IMG/VR virus record: IMGVR_UViG_3300025012_000028
Coordinates: 62,001 to 126,000 of that record
Direction: 5' to 3' (one strand)
DNA length: 64,000 nt
Shown: piece after piece, positions 10,155-18,433 of the stretch
How the letters are laid out: each line of letters opens with the position of its first letter
How positions within the stretch are numbered: position 1 is the first letter of the stretch
The notes under the pieces: model-generated
Database searches by the model: none
What the model was told of the DNA's origin: nothing
The model's input: the letters and a program-made list of their open reading frames with translations, nothing else
Translations under genes and position numbers: made by a program

Positions 10155-10201
10155 TATTTATAAAAGAAAATGGTTGACTTTTAGATTCAGACTGATATAA
10201 T
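10155..10201. promoter_or_regulatory. Late promoter (-) back-to-back with sigma70 promoter (+)
   Basis: TATTTATA 10155-10162; TTGACT(10174)-16 bp-TATAAT(10196). Confidence 0.85.
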
Positions 10202-10233
10202 CAATTTATAAATTAAACTTACAGGAGGAAGCT

Positions 10234-10551
10234 ATGGTATCCAAAACTGAATTTTACAATAATTACATCAGCAGAATTGGTTTCAAATTAAATGGTGTTT
10301 ATGTTCCGAAGGGTACTATTGCGGATCTTATTCACATCTCCTGCGACAAACATAAAAAATGTAAATGCCCTCATATTTACCGTTTGCAGGGTCTTGTTAA
10401 GAAAGATATACACTCGGTGGGTAAACCATTTAGTGTGGATATCATCAACCAAGACGATGCTACAAATTATGGGTTTGATGCTTGTTATTCACTTGCAGAT
10501 TATCCAACCAGCTTTTCTTATTTTCATAATCCTACGGAGGATAGAATATGA
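10234..10551 (+). CDS. Hypothetical protein
   Basis: AGGAGG RBS. Confidence 0.6.
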   Translation: MVSKTEFYNNYISRIGFKLNGVYVPKGTIADLIHISCDKHKKCKCPHIYRLQGLVKKDIHSVGKPFSVDIINQDDATNYGFDACYSLADYPTSFSYFHNPTEDRI

Positions 10552-10757
10552 TTATGAATAGAGAAACATTCGAATCGATTCTTTCTTGTAATCACCACAT
10601 CCAAATCGATTGTCCGGTATGTGAATACACCTATGCTGGTGAGGATGATGCACAAACCACTTGCCATGTTTGTGGGAAACCTCTGGGTGAGGGGAAGATT
10701 ACACTACTCGAATTTGTGGATATGATCTTAACTAAAATTGGAGGAGAAAGGAAATGA
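10548..10757 (+). CDS. Small Zn-ribbon protein
   Basis: CPVC...CHVC. Confidence 0.6.
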   Translation: MIMNRETFESILSCNHHIQIDCPVCEYTYAGEDDAQTTCHVCGKPLGEGKITLLEFVDMILTKIGGERK

Positions 10758-10960
10758 CACATAAAGAAAACTGTCCGTGGAAAGAGGGTTTTAGTTTGCT
10801 GGTGACTGCAAATAATCCCGGTGGTGGGGATGAATATATCTCTATCACAGACGAAAGCATTTATTACAGATCCAATTACCACACAATCAACGATGATGAT
10901 CAATATATCAGCTTTGATTTTTGCCCTAAATGCGGGGCTTCTCTAACTCAGGAGGATTAA
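10754..10960 (+). CDS. Small Zn-binding protein
   Basis: C-terminal FCPKCG. Confidence 0.6.
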   Translation: MTHKENCPWKEGFSLLVTANNPGGGDEYISITDESIYYRSNYHTINDDDQYISFDFCPKCGASLTQED

Positions 10961-10967
10961 AAAGAAT

Positions 10968-11375
10968 ATGGATAATGAAGATTTTACAGTTGAGGAACTA
11001 GAGATAGCTTTAAAAATAGTTTCTTCAAAAGGAAATAGTTGTCTCCACTCTATATGTGATGGGCATTATAGACTTAAAAAATCTTTAGAATTTGATGTAG
11101 TGGTTGCGAAAGCTAAAGATTGCAAAATCCAGAAGAAAACAATCTGGGTTTTGGATCACTACGAAAATTCGTATGAAGGTACACAAGGTATCATTTGTTG
11201 GTGGTCTGAAAAGCCCACATATCAACAACTGTTTGATAAGCTTTTGTTCTTGAAAGCTTTAGATGAAGATCAGAAGGATATTTATAAAACGGCTGTTGTG
11301 ATCAGTCTTCTTGAAGGTATAGAGGTTAGATGCCACAACACAGATTATACTCTATGGGTAATGGAGGAAGGTTAA
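10968..11375 (+). CDS. Hypothetical protein
   Basis: AGGAGG RBS; converges on gp4. Confidence 0.6.
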   Translation: MDNEDFTVEELEIALKIVSSKGNSCLHSICDGHYRLKKSLEFDVVVAKAKDCKIQKKTIWVLDHYENSYEGTQGIICWWSEKPTYQQLFDKLLFLKALDEDQKDIYKTAVVISLLEGIEVRCHNTDYTLWVMEEG

Positions 11376-11848
11376 GTAAAGGGGAAATCTTTCTCGGTTA
11401 ATACACTGAAAAAAATCACCCTTCCTTTTTTCCTCTCGGATTCACACCACGCTTCTGCTGCTTTCCATTTCACTTGATTTTTGATAAAAGTGTTTACCCT
11501 TTCCTTGTATGCTTTATTCTGCCTCTTAGGAACCTTGGGGGGGAACCGCTCCGCTTCGGGCTTGATTTCTATTAAATGTTCTACTATCTTTCCTTCTTTG
11601 GTTCTTACGGACATTAATATATCAGGAAAGTATCGATGTACCTTACCGTCTACAGGATAGAAATAATTTATAAAAAAATCTTCTGAAGACCAATTCACCA
11701 CATCAGATCGTCTATCTAAGAACTTCATAATAAATTGAATTTCCCATCCTGAACGAGCCGTGATAACTTTATTCTCAGAAAGGTACTTCTGGGGATTCTT
11801 AAGATGCTTATACATGTCACCAATCTGCAAATAATTCCTAGCCACCAA
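11372..11848 (-). CDS. gp4: Head completion nuclease (gp4-like, TnsA-type)
   Basis: NPQKY, RSGWE, WSSE, HRYFPD, LIEIKP, NQVKWKAA motifs. Confidence 0.92.
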   Translation of the reverse strand: MVARNYLQIGDMYKHLKNPQKYLSENKVITARSGWEIQFIMKFLDRRSDVVNWSSEDFFINYFYPVDGKVHRYFPDILMSVRTKEGKIVEHLIEIKPEAERFPPKVPKRQNKAYKERVNTFIKNQVKWKAAEAWCESERKKGRVIFFSVLTEKDFPFT

Positions 11849-11918
11849 ACCCTCTCAGTTTCTATCCATTGTCCTATAATAAAAGGCAGTAGATGTCTAT
11901 GTCCTAACGGACAAGATT

Positions 11919-11947
11919 ATTTTAACTCCGAAATCCGTAATTGTCAA
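11919..11947 (-). promoter_or_regulatory. Sigma70-type promoter upstream of gp4
   Basis: TTGACA-17 bp-TAAAAT on minus strand. Confidence 0.55.
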
Positions 11948-11976
11948 ATAATTAATGATTATTTTTCTTTAATGTT

Positions 11977-12456
11977 TTAATTGTCAGCTTTTTCAATAAC
12001 ATAGTAATCATATTTCGTTCCGATGGTGAAAGATAAATTATTATCATCGGTGGAAGTGGTCATGAACTGAATATCCGAAACAGTTTCGATCCACATGTTG
12101 AAAAATGTAATTTTAAATGAAACGTTATTCTTGTTGGTTGTGATAAACAGAATGCCATCAAACATCGGTTCTTGACTCCGCAACACGTTATCAATGGGAT
12201 CATGTGCCAACGTGAGTGCTTCATAAACTTCCATATAACTTTTTAATTCTTCATCGAGGAGGATGGTGACAGCTAGATCGTTATAGGTTAAAGAATCTCC
12301 CGGTATTTTTCCTCTCATAGATTGGAAACCACTTTCAATAGTTCCAACAGTAAAACCGGGAATACTAGTTTCAACATTGAAGAATGTCAGTTCCCGCTGT
12401 TTGGGGAAGATCATTTTAAAGTTACAGACTTTAAGTAAAGATTGTTTACCTGCCAT
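11977..12456 (-). CDS. Tail tube-family protein, gp3-like tube terminator
   Basis: SIPG...IPGDSLTYNDL.V..LLDEELKSY.E pattern. Confidence 0.8.
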   Translation of the reverse strand: MAGKQSLLKVCNFKMIFPKQRELTFFNVETSIPGFTVGTIESGFQSMRGKIPGDSLTYNDLAVTILLDEELKSYMEVYEALTLAHDPIDNVLRSQEPMFDGILFITTNKNNVSFKITFFNMWIETVSDIQFMTTSTDDNNLSFTIGTKYDYYVIEKADN

Positions 12457-12465
12457 AATAAACCT

Positions 12466-12972
12466 CTATTCGATAATAAAACGTGTGAAAGAAAAGGTGA
12501 CTGTAAATTCTTCAACCTGATCTGCACTATCCATTGACAGTTCTATTTCAGAAATTTCTTTGGGGTGGGCATATAACAGAACATAAGTTTTTACGGTGTT
12601 GCCCAAATTATCTAACTGAGAAATATGAACGGTCGATTTATATAAGTCGTGGGGGGTTTGAATATTATCTTCACCCGAAATTATATTGAACCAAGTTTCA
12701 AATTTATCTCTAATACCAATTCCATTCTGATCGATTGTATTATAAAAATGGAATGTGATATCATTAAATTGGACATCAGTTAAGATTTTATATTTGTAAC
12801 CCTGCCAACAAAGTTCAACTTCTCCGAATGTCTTACCGGGGATAGCACTACCCTTACAGGTATAGAATTCTCTCTCATCAAAGAGTGTATTATCGATGGA
12901 AATTGAGAAGCGATTGCCTCTCAAGAATTTACCTATATTACTTTTAAAATCATCTAATCTAATAGAAATCAT
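12466..12972 (-). CDS. Tail tube protein paralog (gp19-like)
   Basis: RGNRF, CKGSAIPG, FETW, HPKEISEIELS..S.DQVEEFTVTF. Confidence 0.88.
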   Translation of the reverse strand: MISIRLDDFKSNIGKFLRGNRFSISIDNTLFDEREFYTCKGSAIPGKTFGEVELCWQGYKYKILTDVQFNDITFHFYNTIDQNGIGIRDKFETWFNIISGEDNIQTPHDLYKSTVHISQLDNLGNTVKTYVLLYAHPKEISEIELSMDSADQVEEFTVTFSFTRFIIE

Positions 12973-12990
12973 ATCGAACCCCTTTCAATT

Positions 12991-13028
12991 TATTTATATT
13001 TGACATTTATGGTGGGGTCTGGTATATT
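12991..13028. promoter_or_regulatory. Late promoter (-) back-to-back with sigma70 promoter (+)
   Basis: TATTTATA 12991-12998; TTGACA(13000)-17 bp-TATATT(13023). Confidence 0.85.
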
Positions 13029-13059
13029 ATATTTAAATTAAACCACCGAGGAGGAAGGT

Positions 13060-13284
13060 ATGGATTGGCATTATGAAGAAGGCCAGAGGGTAAAACAAGA
13101 AATAGATATTTATGACCCAAGTAGAGGTACGAAGAAAGGCACCATTATTGGTCGTTATTCAATACCCGAACATACAATTGGGTATGTGGTTTTGGGTCCA
13201 TATCCCGAACTTTATAAAGTTAGATTTGATGATGGGTCTGTCGAACAAGGGTTCTTCTGGTTTGGATTAACACCCATTAAATAA
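13060..13284 (+). CDS. Small SH3-like hypothetical protein
   Basis: GAGGAGG RBS; YKVRFDDG. Confidence 0.65.
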   Translation: MDWHYEEGQRVKQEIDIYDPSRGTKKGTIIGRYSIPEHTIGYVVLGPYPELYKVRFDDGSVEQGFFWFGLTPIK

Positions 13285-13296
13285 AAGGAGGAAGGT

Positions 13297-13440
13297 ATGG
13301 AATTCACGAAAGAAGAGTTGGAGTTGTTGAGGGGTGCGGTATTTCATACGATTTGTGACCTCAACCACCCACCGGAGAGAGAAAAGAAATTGGATGCCTT
13401 ATATGAGAAGCTGATGGAAAGTGTTTTGAAAACAGATTAA
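13297..13440 (+). CDS. Small hypothetical protein (47 aa)
   Basis: AGGAGG RBS; hand translated. Confidence 0.55.
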   Translation: MEFTKEELELLRGAVFHTICDLNHPPEREKKLDALYEKLMESVLKTD

Positions 13441-13476
13441 AAAGAACCCCGATGAAATCAATCATCGGGGTTCTTT
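13441..13476. terminator. Bidirectional intrinsic terminator
   Basis: AAAGAACCCCGATGA...TCATCGGGGTTCTTT. Confidence 0.85.
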
Positions 13477-13481
13477 GGTTT

Positions 13482-14006
13482 TTAAGCGACTTCCCAAGTA
13501 TCAATACAGAAATCAATACTCAGATCTTCTAATGTATCAGAAGAATCGTGGGAAAGTTCAATCGAGTTCATTTGTTTCGGCCACGCACCTAAACATTTCC
13601 AACCCTTAATAGTTTCCCCCACATTACCCAACTGTTGTACATTAATAGAGGCTTTATAAAAGTCAGGATCGGAGCGAACATTTTCTGTACCTTCCATCAT
13701 TGCAATACTTTCCATCCACACTTCAAAATATTCTTTGATCCTCATATCTTGATCCATATGACAAACCATCGTCACATCTGAGACTGTCATATCACCAGCA
13801 ATTTTGGCGGTCTGACCCATAAACGGAACAGAGATTTCACCAATTGAACGATCAGGAATCGGGAACGATTTAACAAGAAATGAAAAGGGTTGTTCAGCCC
13901 ACGAAGCATCCCCCTGTCTTCCGGTGATTGTTACCCAGAATCGGTTGGGTCTGCAACCCGATTTGAGTTGTGATTTAAAACTATCTAATTTAATATTATC
14001 AGCCAT
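13482..14006 (-). CDS. gp19: Tail tube protein (gp19-like)
   Basis: RPNRF, VPFMGQTAKIAGD, GAWP...IELS; follows sheath gene. Confidence 0.92.
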   Translation of the reverse strand: MADNIKLDSFKSQLKSGCRPNRFWVTITGRQGDASWAEQPFSFLVKSFPIPDRSIGEISVPFMGQTAKIAGDMTVSDVTMVCHMDQDMRIKEYFEVWMESIAMMEGTENVRSDPDFYKASINVQQLGNVGETIKGWKCLGAWPKQMNSIELSHDSSDTLEDLSIDFCIDTWEVA

Positions 14007-14046
14007 TCATATTCTCCTTTATGTTAACATCGACAAACTTTTCTTT

Positions 14047-14099
14047 TATTTATAATTCTAAAAAAGTTAATTGACTTGGGAGATATACCAATGTAGGAT
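14047..14099. promoter_or_regulatory. Late promoter (-) back-to-back with sigma70 promoter (+)
   Basis: TATTTATA 14047-14054; TTGACT(14071)-17 bp-TAGGAT(14094). Confidence 0.75.
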
Positions 14100-14121
14100 G
14101 GATGAAAATTGGGGGATATCT

Positions 14122-14298
14122 ATGGAAAGAAAAGAGTGGTTGGAAAGATGTGCTGCGAGGTTTGTTGAAAGAGCCGAAGTTTCCCAAGAATTTGCTGCGG
14201 AATGTGCTTTAGCAGCATATGAAGAAGGTGATGAAATTTATGAAGATTTTACACCGGAAGAAGCTGCTGATGAAGAAATGAGTTATTGGGGTGATTGA
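14122..14298 (+). CDS. Small acidic protein ending PEEAADEEMSYW
   Basis: GGGGG RBS; recurrent phage C-terminal motif. Confidence 0.6.
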   Translation: MERKEWLERCAARFVERAEVSQEFAAECALAAYEEGDEIYEDFTPEEAADEEMSYWGD

Positions 14299-14323
14299 AT
14301 ATAAAAACCAAGGAGGGAAGTAA

Positions 14324-14542
14324 TTGAAGAACATCGTGATAGCAACAGCGGCACTTTCCAAACGTATTTATGCAGGACGGCTAAACAAGAAGGGCAACGC
14401 TTTCACCGATGGCAAACAGGATGTAACCAGCGATGTACTCAAGGCCATCATCGACAAGATCGGGGTAGGAAATACTGAAGTGGTACACGTTGATGGCAAA
14501 CCCCAATTTCAAATTGAAGTGCGAGAGGCGGAAAATGAATAA
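14324..14542 (+). CDS. Small phage hypothetical protein
   Basis: AGGAGG RBS, TTG start; RIYAGR...KQDVT. Confidence 0.65.
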   Translation: MKNIVIATAALSKRIYAGRLNKKGNAFTDGKQDVTSDVLKAIIDKIGVGNTEVVHVDGKPQFQIEVREAENE

Positions 14543-14573
14543 AAGAGGGAGGCCAAATAGAACCTCCCTCTTT
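14541..14573. terminator. Bidirectional intrinsic terminator
   Basis: AAAGAGGGAGG...CCTCCCTCTTT. Confidence 0.8.
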
Positions 14574-14584
14574 ACTGAAATCTC

Positions 14585-14965
14585 TTAACGAGAGTTCGCT
14601 GCCTGTTGTAACTCGGGGTTCTTTTTGGGTCGCCCAACACCCCTTTTAATAGACGGAGGAGTTACGATGGGTGCGGATTGGGTCAGTTTTTTGGGCCGAC
14701 CAACGGGGCGCTTACCTTCCTGTGGAACAGTTTTGGCTTTGCGAGTGTCTGAGGTTTCCCCTATGCTTTCGATGATCGATGCGAATTTGAAACCCGCATT
14801 GATTTCGTCGGAAAGGGATTTGACAGTCACATCACCATTCTTATGATCCTCGATAACTTTGGTTAAAAGGTTTGCAACAGTTTTATCGTTGATGGACAGG
14901 CCGGAAGATGCTGCTGCATTTTTGATGTCCTGCATTGCAAGAAAAATCATGTCGTTGAGTTTCAT
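14585..14965 (-). CDS. Double AT-hook DNA-binding protein
   Basis: KRPVGRPKK and KRGVGRPKK; AGGAG RBS; own promoter TTGACA(15147)-16 bp-TATGAT(15125). Confidence 0.7.
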   Translation of the reverse strand: MKLNDMIFLAMQDIKNAAASSGLSINDKTVANLLTKVIEDHKNGDVTVKSLSDEINAGFKFASIIESIGETSDTRKAKTVPQEGKRPVGRPKKLTQSAPIVTPPSIKRGVGRPKKNPELQQAANSR

Positions 14966-15167
14966 TGTTGGTTCTCCTTTTAAAAGGTTGAAAGAATTGT
15001 GAAGAATAACCAGTATAGAAGACACTAATCATATTTCATAGTTGCACCCCTTTCGTGGTCCATTCCCATTTTTACCACTTGTCTAATTTTTCAATCATTT
15101 TATTTTCCAGATAGTTATGATCATACCAATATCAAAATTTATGTCAAGGAAAAAACGCCATATAACG

Positions 15168-15199
15168 AAAAAAGGCTAGGTCAAATGACCTAGCCTTTT
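15168..15199 (-). terminator. Intrinsic terminator after sheath gene
   Basis: AAAAGGCTAGGTCA/TGACCTAGCCTTTT. Confidence 0.85.
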
Positions 15200-15224
15200 G
15201 TAAGTACACGAAGATACTTGTTTT

Positions 15225-17948
15225 TTATGCCGCCTTTTTACCGACCGATTCGGTAAATGTTACAGAGTTCCCATAAATATTCATATTGAGTTGGATGTAT
15301 TCCGCAGTTTTGTTAGGGAGAATTCCGACATCCATAACCAAACCGTTGCGCTCAATAACCTCTGGGGTATTATTAGTACCATCACATGTAACGTCATATA
15401 ACACCACACCACGTCTAGCTTTGACCGTTCTCAAGAATGGTTCCACTATGCCCTCTAATCTGGCTCTGGTGAATGCATCATTGAAATCGAATATTGCAAA
15501 CTTAACAGCAGTTGCAACAGCCTTTTCAATTGTCAGCAGCAACCTACGGACGTTGGACCTATCAGTGGCAGAAGGTTTGTTGGTTGCGGTTTTATTACCG
15601 AATTTGATTGCAGCACCTTCACCATTAATGTTGATGATCGGGTTGATGGCGTTATCATGCAGATCATCTTTGTTGGTTTTGTTCGGGTTGAACGCAAGCT
15701 TGATGCAATTTTTAATCTTACCTCTATCCAGACCCGCAACAGCCCACCAATCATCATGGGTAACTCCGGTCTGAGCATAAAGACCAGCAATATCACCACC
15801 AACAGACATCCAACGATTGACATCATTAAATTTATCATACTGGTATTTCAAGTTGCCCTGAATTTCCGAGTATGTTCCAAACGTGGTGAACGCTTCAGCA
15901 GCAGAGCTACCATTATAAGCCGTCTTAGTACCGAAGAAGTTTAAGAAGTTTCCGGTAGCATCATTGGGAGATTTGCCCACCAGCAATTTAATGAAGTCAG
16001 AACCCGGTGCAACAATTGCAAAACAATCTTTACGATCTTCAGCAATGAGAGACATACCATTAATATCCAGTTCATGAGAAACCAAGAGGTTGATGTCAAA
16101 TGAATCAGCATCAGAAAAGGCACTCTGAGCATTCATGATATCCGCTTTGCTATATCCATTCGGATTGTAGAAAGCATTACCATTTTTAAACCCGATGGGG
16201 TAGACGTTACCATACACCACATTTTCCTGATTGGTTCCAGTACCCAAATCAGATTTAAATTCCACAATGGAAATGTTGGAGGTTTCTACTTTAGCTAACG
16301 TTTCGTCTTCAGTTACTTTGCAGTAAACGAATTTGGAGTTGTAGTAGAAAACTTCGTTAGCAAAGATGTTGTGGTTCTGATGATCCCTACCATCCGAATT
16401 ATAGGAAGCTAAAGTTTTATCTACAATTTCAAACTTATTCGAAGCATTTTTCTGAAGGGTAACAACCACAAACTGATCATCCACCCACACCGGCTCATAT
16501 TCGAACAGTTGGTTATAAGTTACTAATGATTCTTCAAACAGGTTCACATTCTGCTCTGTCTCCACATCAAACAAGGTAGTGGCAGTTTTCTTGATGATAG
16601 AATCGTCAAAAACGGTCGAATAAAGGTTGATACCACGGAGGATGGTAGGGTTGGTAGCAATGTCCTTAATTAGTGCGTTAGAAACGGAAATTTGGGCGTC
16701 ATTGGTAGTACCATCACCAAGCACACCGATTCCCCTATCCAAAGTGATTGTGTTGTTGATGGTATCAACAGCGATCACCTGAAAGGTTTCAACGTTGGTA
16801 GAATTACCTTCGTCTAATGGATTCATAGCATCGTGAACGTCTGTGGGGTCACTATAAGTTCCAGCGGTATTGAGCAACTTAACAAACCCACCAACAGGCA
16901 TGTTAAAACCATCTTCGACTTTGATGGTAGAAGTGCTGGTAGGAACAATGTAATCATTCCCATCAAAATAATCAGAAGACAGATTGAAGAAATAATAATC
17001 AGTGTTAGAATAGAGTTCACCGGCTACTAAACTGTAAGCTGCACTACCAGTCGATGTTCCAATCTTGGTGAAGGTCAGAACAGGATCAGCATCGGCTGAA
17101 ATATCAGTCACATAAAACAGAGCATCATCAATGTAGAAAATATTATTCAGAGAGATGTTAAATCTTTTAGTCGAGTCGAATACGGCAGTAAAGGAAGCAG
17201 CAGAGGTATCAACGTTTCCGGTAGTTTTCACCGACCCATAATATTTTGCGATGTCACCCCTAGTCAGGGAAGTATTTACAAGAATGTCGCCATTCGTGTA
17301 GGTCTGTTTAACAGTGACAACCTTATTGCCGTTGATTTTAAACTTAGAACCAACGACCAGAGTGCTACCGGAGTTCAGACGAATTTTGTTGGAAGCTAAA
17401 TTAGCACCACCAATTTCATTAGTGGTTGCGGCAGTAGTACCATCATAACTCACAACACCATTGAACTGGTTGGCGATTGGGTTGTTCCAAGTCGCAGAAC
17501 TAGAGCATACCGAAAAACCTACGTTCTGTTTAGAAGTGATGTAACGATTGAAGAACGAAAGTCTGTCAGTCGAATTCAGTGCAGAATCCTGTAAAGACAG
17601 TTCAGCGACATCGGGGTTGAACATATTATCAGCATCAGCAGCGACAAATGTAGAACCAGTAATCTTAACACCAGCGTTCTTGACAGTAGCGTTCATCGGA
17701 CGCACAAGGAAACCGGAAGAAGCATACTGTGAGAAGTTCCAGCAGTTGTACCAATCGATGTAGTTGTATGCTGTCGGTTTACCTAAGAGAGTAAGCAAAT
17801 CCCCTTCGGAAGTGAACGGAAGAATTTTATTGCAATATCCGGTATCTGCTCTAACAACAAAACCAGTCAATGCAGACGGAGGACTGATCACATATTGAGA
17901 ATAGTTATTCTCATTGACTGTGACACTAGGGATGCCAGTAAATTTCAT
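15225..17948 (-). CDS. gp18: Tail sheath protein (gp18-like), 907 aa
   Basis: RKDCFA, KYQYDKFNDVNRW...GDIAGL, AGLDRG, NVRRL, NNTPEVIERN. Confidence 0.96.
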   Translation of the reverse strand: MKFTGIPSVTVNENNYSQYVISPPSALTGFVVRADTGYCNKILPFTSEGDLLTLLGKPTAYNYIDWYNCWNFSQYASSGFLVRPMNATVKNAGVKITGSTFVAADADNMFNPDVAELSLQDSALNSTDRLSFFNRYITSKQNVGFSVCSSSATWNNPIANQFNGVVSYDGTTAATTNEIGGANLASNKIRLNSGSTLVVGSKFKINGNKVVTVKQTYTNGDILVNTSLTRGDIAKYYGSVKTTGNVDTSAASFTAVFDSTKRFNISLNNIFYIDDALFYVTDISADADPVLTFTKIGTSTGSAAYSLVAGELYSNTDYYFFNLSSDYFDGNDYIVPTSTSTIKVEDGFNMPVGGFVKLLNTAGTYSDPTDVHDAMNPLDEGNSTNVETFQVIAVDTINNTITLDRGIGVLGDGTTNDAQISVSNALIKDIATNPTILRGINLYSTVFDDSIIKKTATTLFDVETEQNVNLFEESLVTYNQLFEYEPVWVDDQFVVVTLQKNASNKFEIVDKTLASYNSDGRDHQNHNIFANEVFYYNSKFVYCKVTEDETLAKVETSNISIVEFKSDLGTGTNQENVVYGNVYPIGFKNGNAFYNPNGYSKADIMNAQSAFSDADSFDINLLVSHELDINGMSLIAEDRKDCFAIVAPGSDFIKLLVGKSPNDATGNFLNFFGTKTAYNGSSAAEAFTTFGTYSEIQGNLKYQYDKFNDVNRWMSVGGDIAGLYAQTGVTHDDWWAVAGLDRGKIKNCIKLAFNPNKTNKDDLHDNAINPIININGEGAAIKFGNKTATNKPSATDRSNVRRLLLTIEKAVATAVKFAIFDFNDAFTRARLEGIVEPFLRTVKARRGVVLYDVTCDGTNNTPEVIERNGLVMDVGILPNKTAEYIQLNMNIYGNSVTFTESVGKKAA

Positions 17949-17998
17949 TTGTGTTTCTCCTTATTTGTAAAATTTGTTAGTCTGGTGAATTTTTACTT

Positions 17999-18096
17999 TA
18001 TTTATAAAATTCATAATTATTTATGTTTTTTAATATGAGGGGTCGAGAAATATAAATAATTAATTACTTGACTTTCAGTGGAGAAGTGGGTAGAAT
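17999..18096. promoter_or_regulatory. Late promoter (-), late box (+) and sigma70 promoter (+)
   Basis: TATTTATA 17999-18006; TATAAATA 18051-18058; TTGACT(18068)-17 bp-TAGAAT(18091). Confidence 0.8.
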
Positions 18097-18125
18097 TGAT
18101 TAAACTAAACCAAAGGAGAAAGGTT

Positions 18126-18257
18126 ATGTTCAAACTCATATTTGAAAAGGATGGTCGTGCGATTTGGGTAAAACTAGTAAATAAAAACGGTGATGTGATG
18201 CAGTATGGTGTTGGTTCGACCAAAGAGAAAGCCTTAGCAGATTTTAATGTTCAATAA
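18126..18257 (+). CDS. Small early hypothetical protein (43 aa)
   Basis: AAGGAG RBS; hand translated. Confidence 0.55.
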   Translation: MFKLIFEKDGRAIWVKLVNKNGDVMQYGVGSTKEKALADFNVQ

Positions 18258-18268
18258 GGAGAGTAAGA

Positions 18269-18415
18269 ATGGATTTCCAAACCGCAATCGATCAGTGGCG
18301 CAAATGTGCTAATGACTCCACATTTCCACCAGCATTACAACGAACAGCACAGGCACTAGAAATTCAACGTGATACTGGTGTTGCTGTGTGTTCGTGTTGT
18401 CATAAGAGGGTGTGA
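18269..18415 (+). CDS. Small hypothetical protein (48 aa, CSCC)
   Basis: AAGGAG RBS; hand translated. Confidence 0.55.
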   Translation: MDFQTAIDQWRKCANDSTFPPALQRTAQALEIQRDTGVAVCSCCHKRV

Positions 18416-18433
18416 TGATACTGGTAGAAAAGT

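Noticed and set aside
11850-11915. CsrA-type GGA sites in the gp4 leader
   Set aside because: GGA motifs are short and partly in the stem; chance occurrence cannot be excluded.
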